From positions 480,001 through 544,000 of the forward strand of contig CAWFKQ010000016.1 of NCBI GenBank assembly GCA_963816395.1: 64,000 bases of DNA, given 5' to 3'. The position numbers and the translations under genes were made by a program. Origin of the DNA: an uncultured delta proteobacterium (GTDB taxonomy: Bacteria; Desulfobacterota; Desulfuromonadia; Desulfuromonadales; JACZKF01). The notes beneath the pieces are model-generated. The model made no database searches. It was not told the origin of the DNA and saw only the letters and a program-made list of their open reading frames with translations. How positions within the stretch are numbered: the first letter of the stretch is position 1; each line of letters opens with the position of its first letter. Positions 52,819 to 63,319 of the stretch are shown one piece after another.

Positions 52819-54582
52819 ATGGAAGGAAGGCTCGCCAGGGGCGGGGAATATCTACTGACGGAAGCGGTTGGGAAGAAGGTCTTCTCTCCCGAGGATTTTT
52901 CCTCGGAGCAGCGGCAGATTGCGGCGACGACCGAGGAGTTCGTGAAGAAAGAGGTCCTGCCGGAAATGGACCGCCTGGAGGGGCAGGACTTCGCGCTGGT
53001 GCTGGAGAAGATGCGGCGCTGCGCCGAGCTGGGGCTGTTTCTCGTCGATATCCCCGAAGAATTCGGCGGCCTGGAGCTGGACAAGGCCACCAGCATGCTG
53101 CTGGCGGAGAAGATGGGGCCGGCGGGCTCCTTCTCCATCACCTACGGCGGCCAGACCGGCATCGGTTCGCTCCCCCTCGTCTACTACGGCACGCGCCAGC
53201 AGAAAGAACGCTACCTGGGCAAGCTCACCGCGGGCGAGTGGATCGGCGCCTATTGCCTGACCGAGCCCGACTGCGGCAGCGATCCCCTGAGCGCCCGCAC
53301 CACGGCGGTGCTGAGCGCCGATGGGCGCCATTACGTGCTCAACGGCGTCAAGCAGTTCATCACCAATGCCGCCTTCGCCGATCTGTTCACCGTCTTTGCC
53401 AAGATCGACGGCAGACTCTTCTCCGCCTTTCTCGTGGAGAAAGGCACTGCCGGCTTTTCGGTGGGGCCGGAGGAGAAGAAAATGGGGCTCAAAGGCTCCT
53501 CCACGGCCCAGGTCCTGCTGCAGGATGTGCGGGTGCCGGTGGAGAACCTGCTGGGCGAGCCCGGCAAAGGGCATAAGATCGCCTTCAACGTCCTCAATAT
53601 CGGCCGGCTCAAGGTGGCCGCCACCGCCCTCGGCATGGCCAAGGGCGCCTTTGCCGAAGCGGCCCGCTACGCGCTGGAGAGAAAGCAGTTCGGACGGGTG
53701 ATCGGCGCCTTCGGCGCCATTCGGGAGAAGCTCGCGGACATGGTGGCCGCCACCTACGCCGCCGAGTCCGTGGTCTATCGGGTCGCCGGTCTGCTGGACG
53801 ACAGCATCGCGCACCTCGATCGCACAGGCACCGATTACTACCAGCGCTATCAGCAGGCCATTGAGGAATACGCCGGCGAGTGCGCCATCGCCAAGGTCTT
53901 CGGCACCGACACCCTGGCCGAGGTGGTCGACGAGGTCGTCCAGATCCACGGCGGTTACGGCTACATCAGCGACTACCCGGCCGAGCGCTATTACCGCGAT
54001 GAGCGCATCCAGCGCATCTTCGAAGGGACCAACGAGATCAACCGCATGCTCATCGCTACCCTGGTGTTTCGCCGCTCCGACAACGGAAGCCTCGATTATC
54101 GGCAGCGGGCCAGCGCCGCCCGGGCGCAGATCCGGGCCGGCGCCGTGGCGGATTGCCGGGAAGAAGGGCCGTTCGCCCGGGAGTTCGCCTTGCTGGGCAA
54201 CCTGAAGCAGCTCTTTCTGGCCCTGCTGGATGCCGCCTGGCCGGCCCGCGAATCCCAGGAAGTCCTCCTGCCCCTGGCGGAGCTGGCCATCGGCATCTTC
54301 GCCCTGGAAAGTGGGGTGCTGCGGGCCAGCCAGGCATACCCCGGAGCCAGCCCGCAGCGCCGCGCGCTCCTGGCGGCGGCGGTGACGGCGGCGGCCTTCG
54401 AACGGGCGGTCCGTTTTCCGCCGGCCGCCCTGCGCTGCGGCGCCTATGTGCTGGAAGGGGAAGAGCTGGCGGCCATGCAGCAGGCGATCGGGCGGCTGTC
54501 GGGCTACCGGCCGCAGCGCCTGCTCGAGGCCAGGCAGCTGCTGGCGCAGGCGGCGCTGGAGGCGGGAAAGTACATGTTTTAG
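52819..54582 (+). CDS. Long-form acyl-CoA dehydrogenase
   Basis: CLTEPDCGSD, KQFITN, QIHGGYGY, RIFEGTNEIN. Confidence 0.93.
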   Translation: MEGRLARGGEYLLTEAVGKKVFSPEDFSSEQRQIAATTEEFVKKEVLPEMDRLEGQDFALVLEKMRRCAELGLFLVDIPEEFGGLELDKATSMLLAEKMGPAGSFSITYGGQTGIGSLPLVYYGTRQQKERYLGKLTAGEWIGAYCLTEPDCGSDPLSARTTAVLSADGRHYVLNGVKQFITNAAFADLFTVFAKIDGRLFSAFLVEKGTAGFSVGPEEKKMGLKGSSTAQVLLQDVRVPVENLLGEPGKGHKIAFNVLNIGRLKVAATALGMAKGAFAEAARYALERKQFGRVIGAFGAIREKLADMVAATYAAESVVYRVAGLLDDSIAHLDRTGTDYYQRYQQAIEEYAGECAIAKVFGTDTLAEVVDEVVQIHGGYGYISDYPAERYYRDERIQRIFEGTNEINRMLIATLVFRRSDNGSLDYRQRASAARAQIRAGAVADCREEGPFAREFALLGNLKQLFLALLDAAWPARESQEVLLPLAELAIGIFALESGVLRASQAYPGASPQRRALLAAAVTAAAFERAVRFPPAALRCGAYVLEGEELAAMQQAIGRLSGYRPQRLLEARQLLAQAALEAGKYMF

Positions 54583-54722
54583 CCGGTTCCACGGACGGGC
54601 CTGGCAGCCCGCCTGCCGAGCTGGGGAAAAATGGATCCAGGGCATCGAGGAGAATGAGCGGCAAAACCCGACCGGCAGCGAACAACAGGAGAGAACAACG
54701 TTTCAGGCAGCAAAAAAATCCT

Positions 54723-54757
54723 TTGACTCTAAATAGGTATTGTGGTACTACAATACG
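54723..54757 (+). promoter_or_regulatory. bamB promoter with two overlapping operators
   Basis: TTGACT-ctaaata-GGTATTGTGG-TACTACAATACG; near-palindrome GTATTGTGGTACTACAATAC. Confidence 0.75.
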
Positions 54758-54976
54758 AAACGCACTGTTCTTCCCGTCTTCGTGGGAGCTAATCCTTAGA
54801 GCCAAGGCGTCGCGGCTCCAGTTCGGCAAAACACTATCCGGGGCAAGAAAGAGAGTCCCGGTGGTGAACACTTTCGGCTTCTAACTCATCGAACTCATGC
54901 TGAGTTTTGTGTCAACTCAAAATTCTTGGCATCGGATGGCCCGAGCCCGAATTCAGGCAATCTAGAAGGGGAAAAA

Positions 54977-56984
54977 ATGAGGTACGCAGAGACAGGATTT
55001 AATCTGGAAGTCGATCTCTCCCGAGGGAACATTGAGAAGGTGGCGACGGATCCAAGGGATACCGAACTTTACCTCGGGGGACTGGGGACCAACGCCAAGC
55101 TCATCTGGGACAGGGTCCCGCCTGAAGTGGAGCCGTTTTCGCCTGACAATCTTCTAATATTCGGCGCCGGTCTTTTATGTGGCACGCCCGCTACCGGCTG
55201 CAATCGGACCATTGTCTCCACCATTTCTCCTCAGACCGGCTTGCTGGCTTTTTCAATGATGGGGGGGTTCTGGGCTCCGGAATTGAAGTATGCCGGGTAT
55301 GACAAGGTGGTGCTGCGCGGCAAGTCGCCCAACCTGGTTTATCTGTATATCCACAATGACAAGGTGGAAATCCGCGATGCCTCTCATCTTGCCGGCAAGG
55401 GGTCGATCGAGACCGCGGAGCTCATCAAGAAGGAGTTGAACGAGCCGAAGGCCCAGGTGGCCGCTATCGGTCTGGCCGGGGAAAACCGGGTCTACTACGC
55501 CTCCATCGAGCAGGGGCGCTCCAGTGCCAGCCGCGGCGGCATCGGTGCCGTCATGGGGGACAAGGGGCTCAAGGCGATCGTCGTTCGCGGGACAAAGGAT
55601 CTCAGCGTCGCCAAGCCGGAAGAGTTCATGGGACTTTGCAACGACGTGCTGAAATACATCAAGGTCCGCGAAGACAACCCGATTCCGGGGGTCATGCCGA
55701 TTCTGGCGGGACTCGGCTCGCCGCAGGAAATGAAAGTCCATGACGAGAAGTGGCATACCGAAAATTTCATGTGGGGCAATTCCCGGACCCGGCGGAAGGA
55801 CTTCTGGAACGAGGAGATCGAAAAGGAGTGGACGGAGACCCTGGAGAATGCCCGGACGCGGCTGATCAGTTGCTTCAATTGCCCGATGAAATGCGGGGCG
55901 ACCATCTCCATGCCGGGGATGCCGACCTACATGATGAAATGCTTCACCAAGCTCACCTACACCATGGGCGCCTATGCGGATCTGGATTTCGGTTTAAGGA
56001 TCGCCCAGAAGGCCACCGAGTATGGCCTGGACGGATTCTCCGCCCCGCAGGTGATGGCCTTTGCCCTTGAGCTGCTTGAAAACGGCATATTGTCCGCCGA
56101 GGATTTCCCGGGGATGCCCGAAGACAACGAAGGCAGATTTTACTACCTTCTCGATATGATCGTCCGGCGCGAAGGGATCGGCGATGTGCTGGCCAAGGGG
56201 ACCTACTGGGCGGCCAAGGAGATCGGCAACGGCGCAGAAGACTATGCGCCATAACAATATCAAGAAGCACGAGCAGCTGCCGTTGAAGCTGTCCATGCTG
56301 AATCCCGTTTACTTCCTGATGTATGCAACCGGTGAGAAGATGAACATCACCCAGATCGAAGGGCAGTTTCCCCAGGCGCCGTTTGCCACAAAGGAGGAGC
56401 GGGAAGAATTTGTCAAGGATTGGATCCAGGTTCCCGATGAAAAGTTCAAGCAGATTCTGTTGGACTGGGAATTCCGCGGGGACAATTCGAACCCCTACTA
56501 CCCAACGGTTGAAATGTCGTGTGACATCGTCGACTGGCAGGAGACGATGCACTACATCGATGATGCCCTCGGTCAGTGCGCGGGCCTGTCATCCTTTCCC
56601 CTTAAGCCTCCCTACCACATCCATAATTATCCGAAATTCATCTCGGCGGGAGCCGGGATCGACATGGATAAGGAGAAGCTGACGCAGGCGGCAAAGAGAT
56701 ATCGGACGCTGGTCAGGGCCATCAATATCGGCAGGGGCATGAGAAGAAAAGATGAAAAGCCGCCGGAGAATCACTGGAAAAAAAGATTCCCCGAACTGGA
56801 AGAGCAGCTTCTGGATTCGTATTACAAGCTCAAGGGGTGGAACAACGACGGCATCCCCACCAAAGAATCCCTCGAGGAACTGGGCTTGGCTTATGTGAGC
56901 GAAGATTTCCTTAAGCGGGGGATCTTGACGGAGGGTGGCACGGTCCCTTCCGAAGTAGCTTCGGCGGCAGAAGAGCAAAACTAG
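54977..56984 (+). CDS. bamB: Class II benzoyl-CoA reductase W-pterin catalytic subunit, frameshift near 56250
   Basis: AOR family; GSPQEMKVHDEKWHTENF, KCFTKLTY; first gene of the bam operon. Confidence 0.95.
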
Positions 56985-57001
56985 AGTGGAGGGCGTGAAC
57001 C

Positions 57002-57547
57002 TTGAAAAATAATAAGAAAACCAAAACAGTCAAAACCATAAATATCGATGTCGACAAGTGCAATGGCTGCCGGGCGTGTGAGGTGATCTGCTCCGCCTTT
57101 CATGCCGCGCCGCGCTACAGCAGCAATAACCCGGAGCGCTCTCGTGTGCGCGTGATTCGCGATCCGCTCCGAGACGTTTACGTTCCGGTGTACGCCGGCG
57201 AGTATGCCGAGGCCGAATGCTCCGGCCGGGACAGGTACACCATCAATGGCAAGGAATACGACGAGTGCGGTTTTTGCAGGGCCTCCTGCCCGTCCAGAGA
57301 TCTGTTCAGGGAACCCGACTCCGGCCTCCCGCTGAAATGCGATATGTGTGAAGGTGAGGAAGAGCCCTTGTGCGTCAAATGGTGCCTGGTCGATGCCCTG
57401 ACCGTTTCGGTAAGGGAAGTGGAAGTGAAAACCGAAGAGGTGAAGCGGGAGGAGATGGAGATCGGCCTGGAAGCTTTGGTCAAGAGGCATGGAATAGATA
57501 AGATCATCGATACGGTCGCGCACATGTCCAAAACCTTGAAACCCTAA
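57002..57547 (+). CDS. bamC: BCR Fe-S subunit
   Basis: CNGCRAC, CGFCRASCP, KCDMC. Confidence 0.93.
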   Translation: MKNNKKTKTVKTINIDVDKCNGCRACEVICSAFHAAPRYSSNNPERSRVRVIRDPLRDVYVPVYAGEYAEAECSGRDRYTINGKEYDECGFCRASCPSRDLFREPDSGLPLKCDMCEGEEEPLCVKWCLVDALTVSVREVEVKTEEVKREEMEIGLEALVKRHGIDKIIDTVAHMSKTLKP

Positions 57548-57568
57548 AGAGAAGAGGTAGGTGATATC

Positions 57569-58720
57569 GTGGAGACCGTAGCGCCCTTCAAAGAAATCGT
57601 CGATGCCATAAAAGAGAACGGCGGCGACTCGTTCAAATACTGCTACCAGTGCGGGTTGTGTGACGCTGTCTGCCCATGGAACAGAGTACGCCAGTTCAGC
57701 ATGCGCAAGACGATCCGGCAGGCCACGTTCGGCCTGACCGAGATCGAGAACGAGGGGATCTGGCGCTGCTCTACCTGCGGGACCTGTCCCAGTCGCTGTC
57801 CCCGGGGAGTGAATCAGATCGAGGCCGGGGTGTCCTTGCGCAAGCTCGCTGCCGAGTATGACGTGTATCCGGGCCATGCCGCCCCGATCCGCAACGTCGT
57901 GGCCAGCCTCACCTCCGAGGGCAATTCCCTGGGCGGCGACCGCGACAAGCGGGCGGAATGGGCCAAGGGTCTGCCCGTAAAAACCTTCACCGAGGATATG
58001 GAGGTTTTATACTTCACCGGCTGTTACCTGAGCTATGACCCGCGCATGCGACAGGTGGCCGCCGCCACCGCCAAGGTCCTGAACAAGGCTGGCGTGGATT
58101 TCGGGATTCTTGGCTCCAGGGAAAGCTGCTGTGGAGAAAGCATCCGCAAAACGGGCAATGAAGAGTTGTTCAAGCGCCTGGCCAGGGAGAACATCAAGGC
58201 GTTTGTCGAGGCCGGCGTGAAGAAAGTTCTGGTCTCTTCCCCGCACTGCTACCACAGCTTCAAAAACGAGTACCCCGAGTTCATGGTGAAGTTCGAGGTG
58301 GTCTTTATCTCCGAATTTATCGCCGATCTGGTCAGCCAGGGTCGGCTGCAGCTCACCGGCGAATATGGAAAGAAAGTCACCTACCACGATCCGTGTTACC
58401 TGGGGCGCCACAACGGCATCTACGACAAGCCCCGCGAGCTCCTGACCAAGGTTCCCGGTCTCCAGCTGAGCGAGATGGCCGATTCGCGGGAAAAGAGCCT
58501 GTGCTGCGGAGGCGGCGGGGGCAGGATCTGGATGGAAACTCCCAAAGAGGAACGCTTCTCCGGCCTGCGCGTCAGGCAAGCCGTTGATGCCGGAGCCGAG
58601 ATCCTGGTTACCTCCTGTCCCTACTGCATCACCAACTTCACGGACAGCAGCCTGGACCTGGACGAGAGTGAAGCCCTGCAGATCAAGGACATCACGGAAA
58701 TCATTCAGGAAGTGATCTAG
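57569..58720 (+). CDS. bamD: HdrC/HdrD-like Fe-S and CCG-domain subunit
   Basis: CYQCGLC, CSTCGTC, two CCG domains, YHDPCYLGR. Confidence 0.92.
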   Translation: METVAPFKEIVDAIKENGGDSFKYCYQCGLCDAVCPWNRVRQFSMRKTIRQATFGLTEIENEGIWRCSTCGTCPSRCPRGVNQIEAGVSLRKLAAEYDVYPGHAAPIRNVVASLTSEGNSLGGDRDKRAEWAKGLPVKTFTEDMEVLYFTGCYLSYDPRMRQVAAATAKVLNKAGVDFGILGSRESCCGESIRKTGNEELFKRLARENIKAFVEAGVKKVLVSSPHCYHSFKNEYPEFMVKFEVVFISEFIADLVSQGRLQLTGEYGKKVTYHDPCYLGRHNGIYDKPRELLTKVPGLQLSEMADSREKSLCCGGGGGRIWMETPKEERFSGLRVRQAVDAGAEILVTSCPYCITNFTDSSLDLDESEALQIKDITEIIQEVI

Positions 58721-58860
58721 GGGAGTTGTCGGAAAACGTTGCGCACAGCCTTTGGCTCCAGGCAAATGCGTGGGCGGTAACGGGTTGCAACGGCGGGTCA
58801 TACGGCAGGCGTTCGGCGGGTTCTCAAGGAACCCGAAGCGCCTGATACAGGGAGAATAAA

Positions 58861-61800
58861 GTGGAAAGCACTCCAGTCGCAAGACAACCTATTGATAATT
58901 CCGCGGGCAGGAATATGGGCGATGTCCTGGTTGTCGGTGGTGGGATAAGCGGCATTCAGGCCGCTCTTGATCTCGCCGATTCCGGCTTCTATGTTTATCT
59001 GGTTGATAAGTCGCCCGCCCTCGGCGGAAAGATGGCCCAACTGGACAAAACCTTCCCCACCGGTGACTGTTCCATGTGCATCGAGTCTCCCAAGTTCATC
59101 GAGTGCTCGAGAAATCCCAACATTGAGATCCTGACCTATACCGAAGTAGACAGAGTCGAGGGCGAGGCAGGAGACTTCAAGGTCACCCTGATTAAAAAGC
59201 CCAGGTACATCGTCGAGGAGAAATGCACGGGCTGCAACATCTGCGTGGACTACTGCCCGGTCAAGATTCCCGATCCGTTTAACCAGAACCTGTCTTCGAA
59301 CAAGGCCGTCCACATCCACTTTTCTCAAGCGGTTCCTCTGGTCACCTATGTGGATCCCGAGACCTGCCTGTACCTGCAGGAAGGGAAGTGCCAGGCTTGC
59401 GTGAACGTCTGCAAGGCTAGGGCTTTTGATTTCAACCAGAAGCCCGAGAAGATGGAGGTGGAGGTCGGCGCGATTCTCCTCTCTCCCGGTTACGACACCT
59501 TCGACCCGAAACTTCGCGGCGACTTTGGCTACGGCACCATGGAAAACGTCGTCACCAGCCTGGATTTCGAGCGGATCCTGTGCGCCACCGGACCCTTCGA
59601 AGGTGAGGTGCGGCGCCCCTCCGACAAGAAGCATCCCCAGAAGATCGCCTGGATTCAGTGCGTCGGTTCGCGGCAGGCCAACCTCGAAGGCGGCAACAGC
59701 TACTGCTCGGCGGTGTGCTGCGCCTATACCCAGAAGCAGGTGATCCTGGCGAAAGACCATGACGCCGGCCTCAACGCCACCATCTTCCATAACGACATCC
59801 GCGCCTTCGGCAAGGATTTCGAGCGCTTCTATCAGAGAGCGGAGAAGCTGTCGGACGTGCGTTTCATCCGCAGCTACGTGACGGTGGGCAGAGAACTCGA
59901 AGAATCGAAGAACGTCACCATCCGCTATTCCACCCTTGAGGAGGGAGTCAAGGAAGAGGAATTCGATCTGGTGGTGCTCTCGGTCGGGTTGAACCCGCCT
60001 AAAGATGTGGCGGGCCTGGCCAGGAAATTCGACATTGAACTCAATGAGCACGGATTCTGTAAAATCAATCCTAAAAATCCCATCGAGACGACGCGCAAGG
60101 GGGTTTTCGTCAGCGGGGCGTTCCAGGGGCCTTTGGATATCCCCGAATCCGTCTTTACCGCCAGCGGCGCCGACGCCCTGGTTGGCGAGCTTCTCAATTA
60201 TCGCCGCCATCGGTTGAGCCGGGACCGCGTCTATCCGCCGGAGCGCGACGTTTCGGAGGAGGAACTCAAGATCGGGGTAGTCGTCTGTCACTGCGGCGCC
60301 AATATCGGTCGGGTCGTCGATATCCCGGATGTGGTGGAGTATGCCTCCACCCTGAAGGGGGTCTCCTGGGCCGGAGAGAACCTGTTCGCCTGCTCCACGG
60401 AAAATGCCAAGCAGATTTCCGACGCTATTGTCGAAAAAGGACTCAATCGCGTCGTGCTGGCGGCATGCACCCCCCGAACCCACGAGCCGCTGTTCCGGGA
60501 TACCTGTCGTGAAGCGGGCCTCAATCAGTACTTCTTCGAGTTCGCCAATATCCGGGAACACTGCTCCTGGGTCCACTCGCGCGAGAAGGAGAACGCCACC
60601 CAGAAGGCCAAGGACATCATCCGGATGTCCGTTGCCCGGGCCGCCCATCTGGAGCCGCTGGAGGAGTTCGAGCTGCCGGTCGACAAGACGGCGCTGGTGG
60701 TCGGAGGCGGCCTGGCCGGCATGACCAGCGCCCTGAACATGGCGGAACAGGGGTTCGAGGTTCACCTGATCGAAAAGGATTCGGACCTCGGCGGTATGGC
60801 CAGGAGAATCCACTATACCCTGGAAGGCATGGACGTCCAGGAGCATTTGAGCGCTCTTATCCGCAAGGTTTACCGGCATCCCCTGGTCCGCGTGGCGACC
60901 GACTCCACTATCACCCAAGTGACCGGTTATATCGGGAATTTCACAACGCACCGTCGCCACGGCGGGGAGAAAGCCCAGGAAGATAAACCACGGGATTGCC
61001 ATTATCGCTACCGGCGCTCAGGAGTATCGGCCCACCGAATACCTGTACGGCCAGAACGACCGCGTCCTGACCCAGCTGGAACTGGAGGGCGGTATCTCCG
61101 GGCAAGACGAAAAAGTGCTGGGCGCCAAGAGTCTGGTGATGGTCCAGTGCGTCGGCTGCCGGCAGGAAGACAGGAATTACTGCAGCCGCGTCTGTTGCGG
61201 CCATGCCATCAAGAATGCCTTGAAGCTCAAGGCGATCAATCCCGAAATCGATATCCACATCATCTTCCGGGACATGAGAACCTACGGATTCAAGGAGGAT
61301 TTTTACCGCGAGGCGGCGAGCAAGGACATCAAGTTCATCCGCTACGAGCCGGCAGACAAGCCGCAGGTGGAAGCAGCCGGAGGCGCGCTGCAGGTGACGG
61401 TGGCCGATCCCGTCCTGGGGCAGAGGCTTGAGCTGGAAGCCGATCTGGTCGTCCTGTCCGCCGCGGTCCTTCCTGCCGAAACCACCCAGGATGTCGGCCG
61501 CCTGTTCAAGGTTTCGATGAATCCGGACGGCTTCTTCCAGGAAGCCCATGTGAAACTGCGGCCCGTCGATTTTGCCGCCGATGGGGTTTTCCTGTGCGGT
61601 ACCGCCCAGTATCCGAAGCATATCTCGGAAACGATCAGCCAGGCCTATGGGGCTGCGGGCCGCGCCGTCTGCATCCTCTCGGGAGAGTCGGTCACCGCCT
61701 CAGGGTCCGTCTGCGACGTCAAGGAGCATAACTGTGTAGCCTGCGGGGCCTGTATCACGGCCTGCAAGTATGGCGCTATTGATTTTTACGAGACGCCGCA

Positions 61801-61951
61801 GGGCAAAAAAGCCCGGGTGGAGGCGGTTCTGTGCAAGGGCGACGGCCTGTGCAATGCCAAATGCCCGACCGGGGCCATTTACCTGAAACATTATACGGAC
61901 GAGGAGATCTTCGCCCAGATTGACCAGGCGATCGATAAGGCGGCCCACTGA
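58861..61951 (+). CDS. bamE: HdrA-like flavin-bifurcating subunit, frameshift near 60950
   Basis: GGGISG, LDKTFPTGDC, IQCVGSR, NIREHCSW, second FAD domain and C-terminal ferredoxin. Confidence 0.92.
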
Positions 61952-61998
61952 CCAGGGTGGAAAGTTGGATTTTGACGACGGACTGAAAGGAGATACAT

Positions 61999-62769
61999 AT
62001 GGCTGCGGGATTCGAGTACAAGCCCAGCGTCATCGGCTTTCTGTGCACTTGGTGAGCATACGGGGCTGCGGACCTGTCTGGAGTTTCCAGGCAACAATAT
62101 AGTACTGAAACAAAGATCATCCGGGTAATGTGCACCGGCAGGGTGGATATCTCGTTTGTGCTCCGGGCTTTCTCCAAAGGAGCGGACGGGGTGTTCATCG
62201 GCGGTTGCTGGCTGGGCGAATGCCATTACGTGACGGAAGGCAATTACGATGCATTGTTTAATATGCATCTGGCCAAGAAATTGCTGGAGTACATCGGTGT
62301 GAACCCTGACCGGTTGCGGCTCGAGTGGATTTCTGCCTCGGAAGGGGTGCGTTATGCCGAAATCATGAATGACTTCGGCAAAAACCTCAGGCAGTTGGGG
62401 CCTCTCGGCAAAAGTGAAGGCTTAGCCGACAGCGCCTTGAAGCTCAAACTGGAAGCGGTCACGAAAATCCTCCCTTATGCCAAACTGGTGGAACGGGAGA
62501 GATTGCGGGTACGCTTTAACACCGAGGAGGAGTATAGGGAGTATTTCGCCAGTGCCAAGTTCAATCAGCTCTTCAAGGAATTGGTGACAGATAAGCTGGC
62601 CATCAGCCAGATTATGCTGCTCTTGCGGAAGGACCCCCTTTCCGCCCGGGACATTGCCGAAGGTCTTGGTCTGGAAGCCTCTGAAGTATCCAGGCATCTC
62701 AGCATGTCTTCGCGGCTTGGCCTGGTCCGCTTCGATGAGCAGTTGAAACGCTACGCTCTGGCCAGTTGA
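61999..62769 (+). CDS. bamF: MvhD-like [2Fe-2S] selenoprotein (Sec at UGA 62053-62055) with a C-terminal HTH-like extension
   Basis: AAGGAG RBS, ATG 61999, GFLCTW-UGA-AYGAAD in frame with MCTGRVD and GECHY. Confidence 0.92.
62075..62093 (+). promoter_or_regulatory. Bacterial SECIS-like hairpin
   Basis: UGUCUGGA-GUU-UCCAGGCA; G-first apical loop 27 nt after the UGA. Confidence 0.7.
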
Positions 62770-62815
62770 AGAGTGGCTCTACACTTATTTGCAGGAAAGA
62801 GATAAGGACGACGAC

Positions 62816-63310
62816 ATGGATATCGGCAGAGTCGATCAGATTATTGAGGCGCATCACGGCGAAGCCAGTTCGCTGATACAGATATTGCTGGACATCCAGA
62901 GCGAAAATAAATGGCTCCCCAAGGAAGCGTTGACCCGCGTCAGCGAGAAACTGGCTGTTCCCATGAGCCGCATCCAGCATATCACCACCTTTTACAAGCA
63001 CTTCAGCCTCACTCCCAAAGGCCGGCACGAGGTTCACGTCTGCGTAGGGACGGCCTGCCATGTCCGTGGCGCGCAGGGCATTATCGACGCGGTCGAGGAC
63101 GTGACCGGAGTCAAGCCCGGCGAGACCGATTCGGACTTGAACTTCAGCGTGGAGACCGTCAGCTGCCTCGGCTGCTGTGCCCTGGGGCCGGTGATGGTCG
63201 TCGATGGCGAAATCCATGGCAACGTGAATAAGCCCGAGGCGGCAGAAGTCCTGAAGCAACTGGAGCAGGCCGAGACAGCGGATGTCTTGAAAAAATGTGC
63301 GTGTGAGTAG
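62816..63310 (+). CDS. bamG: NuoE-like [2Fe-2S] subunit
   Basis: CVGTACH, CLGCCALGP. Confidence 0.92.
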   Translation: MDIGRVDQIIEAHHGEASSLIQILLDIQSENKWLPKEALTRVSEKLAVPMSRIQHITTFYKHFSLTPKGRHEVHVCVGTACHVRGAQGIIDAVEDVTGVKPGETDSDLNFSVETVSCLGCCALGPVMVVDGEIHGNVNKPEAAEVLKQLEQAETADVLKKCACE

Positions 63311-63319
63311 GGAGAGATT

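Noticed and set aside
54926..54942. sigma54-like TGGCAT upstream of bamB
   Set aside because: The -12 element is poor (TGGCC) and a better sigma70 promoter with operator lies at 54723
7405..61002. Long antisense or alternative-frame ORFs (e.g. 7405..10263-, 12946..15024-, 38644..40440-, 52852..54645-, 58798..61002-)
   Set aside because: They are shadows of well-supported genes in GC-rich DNA and show no recognisable motifs
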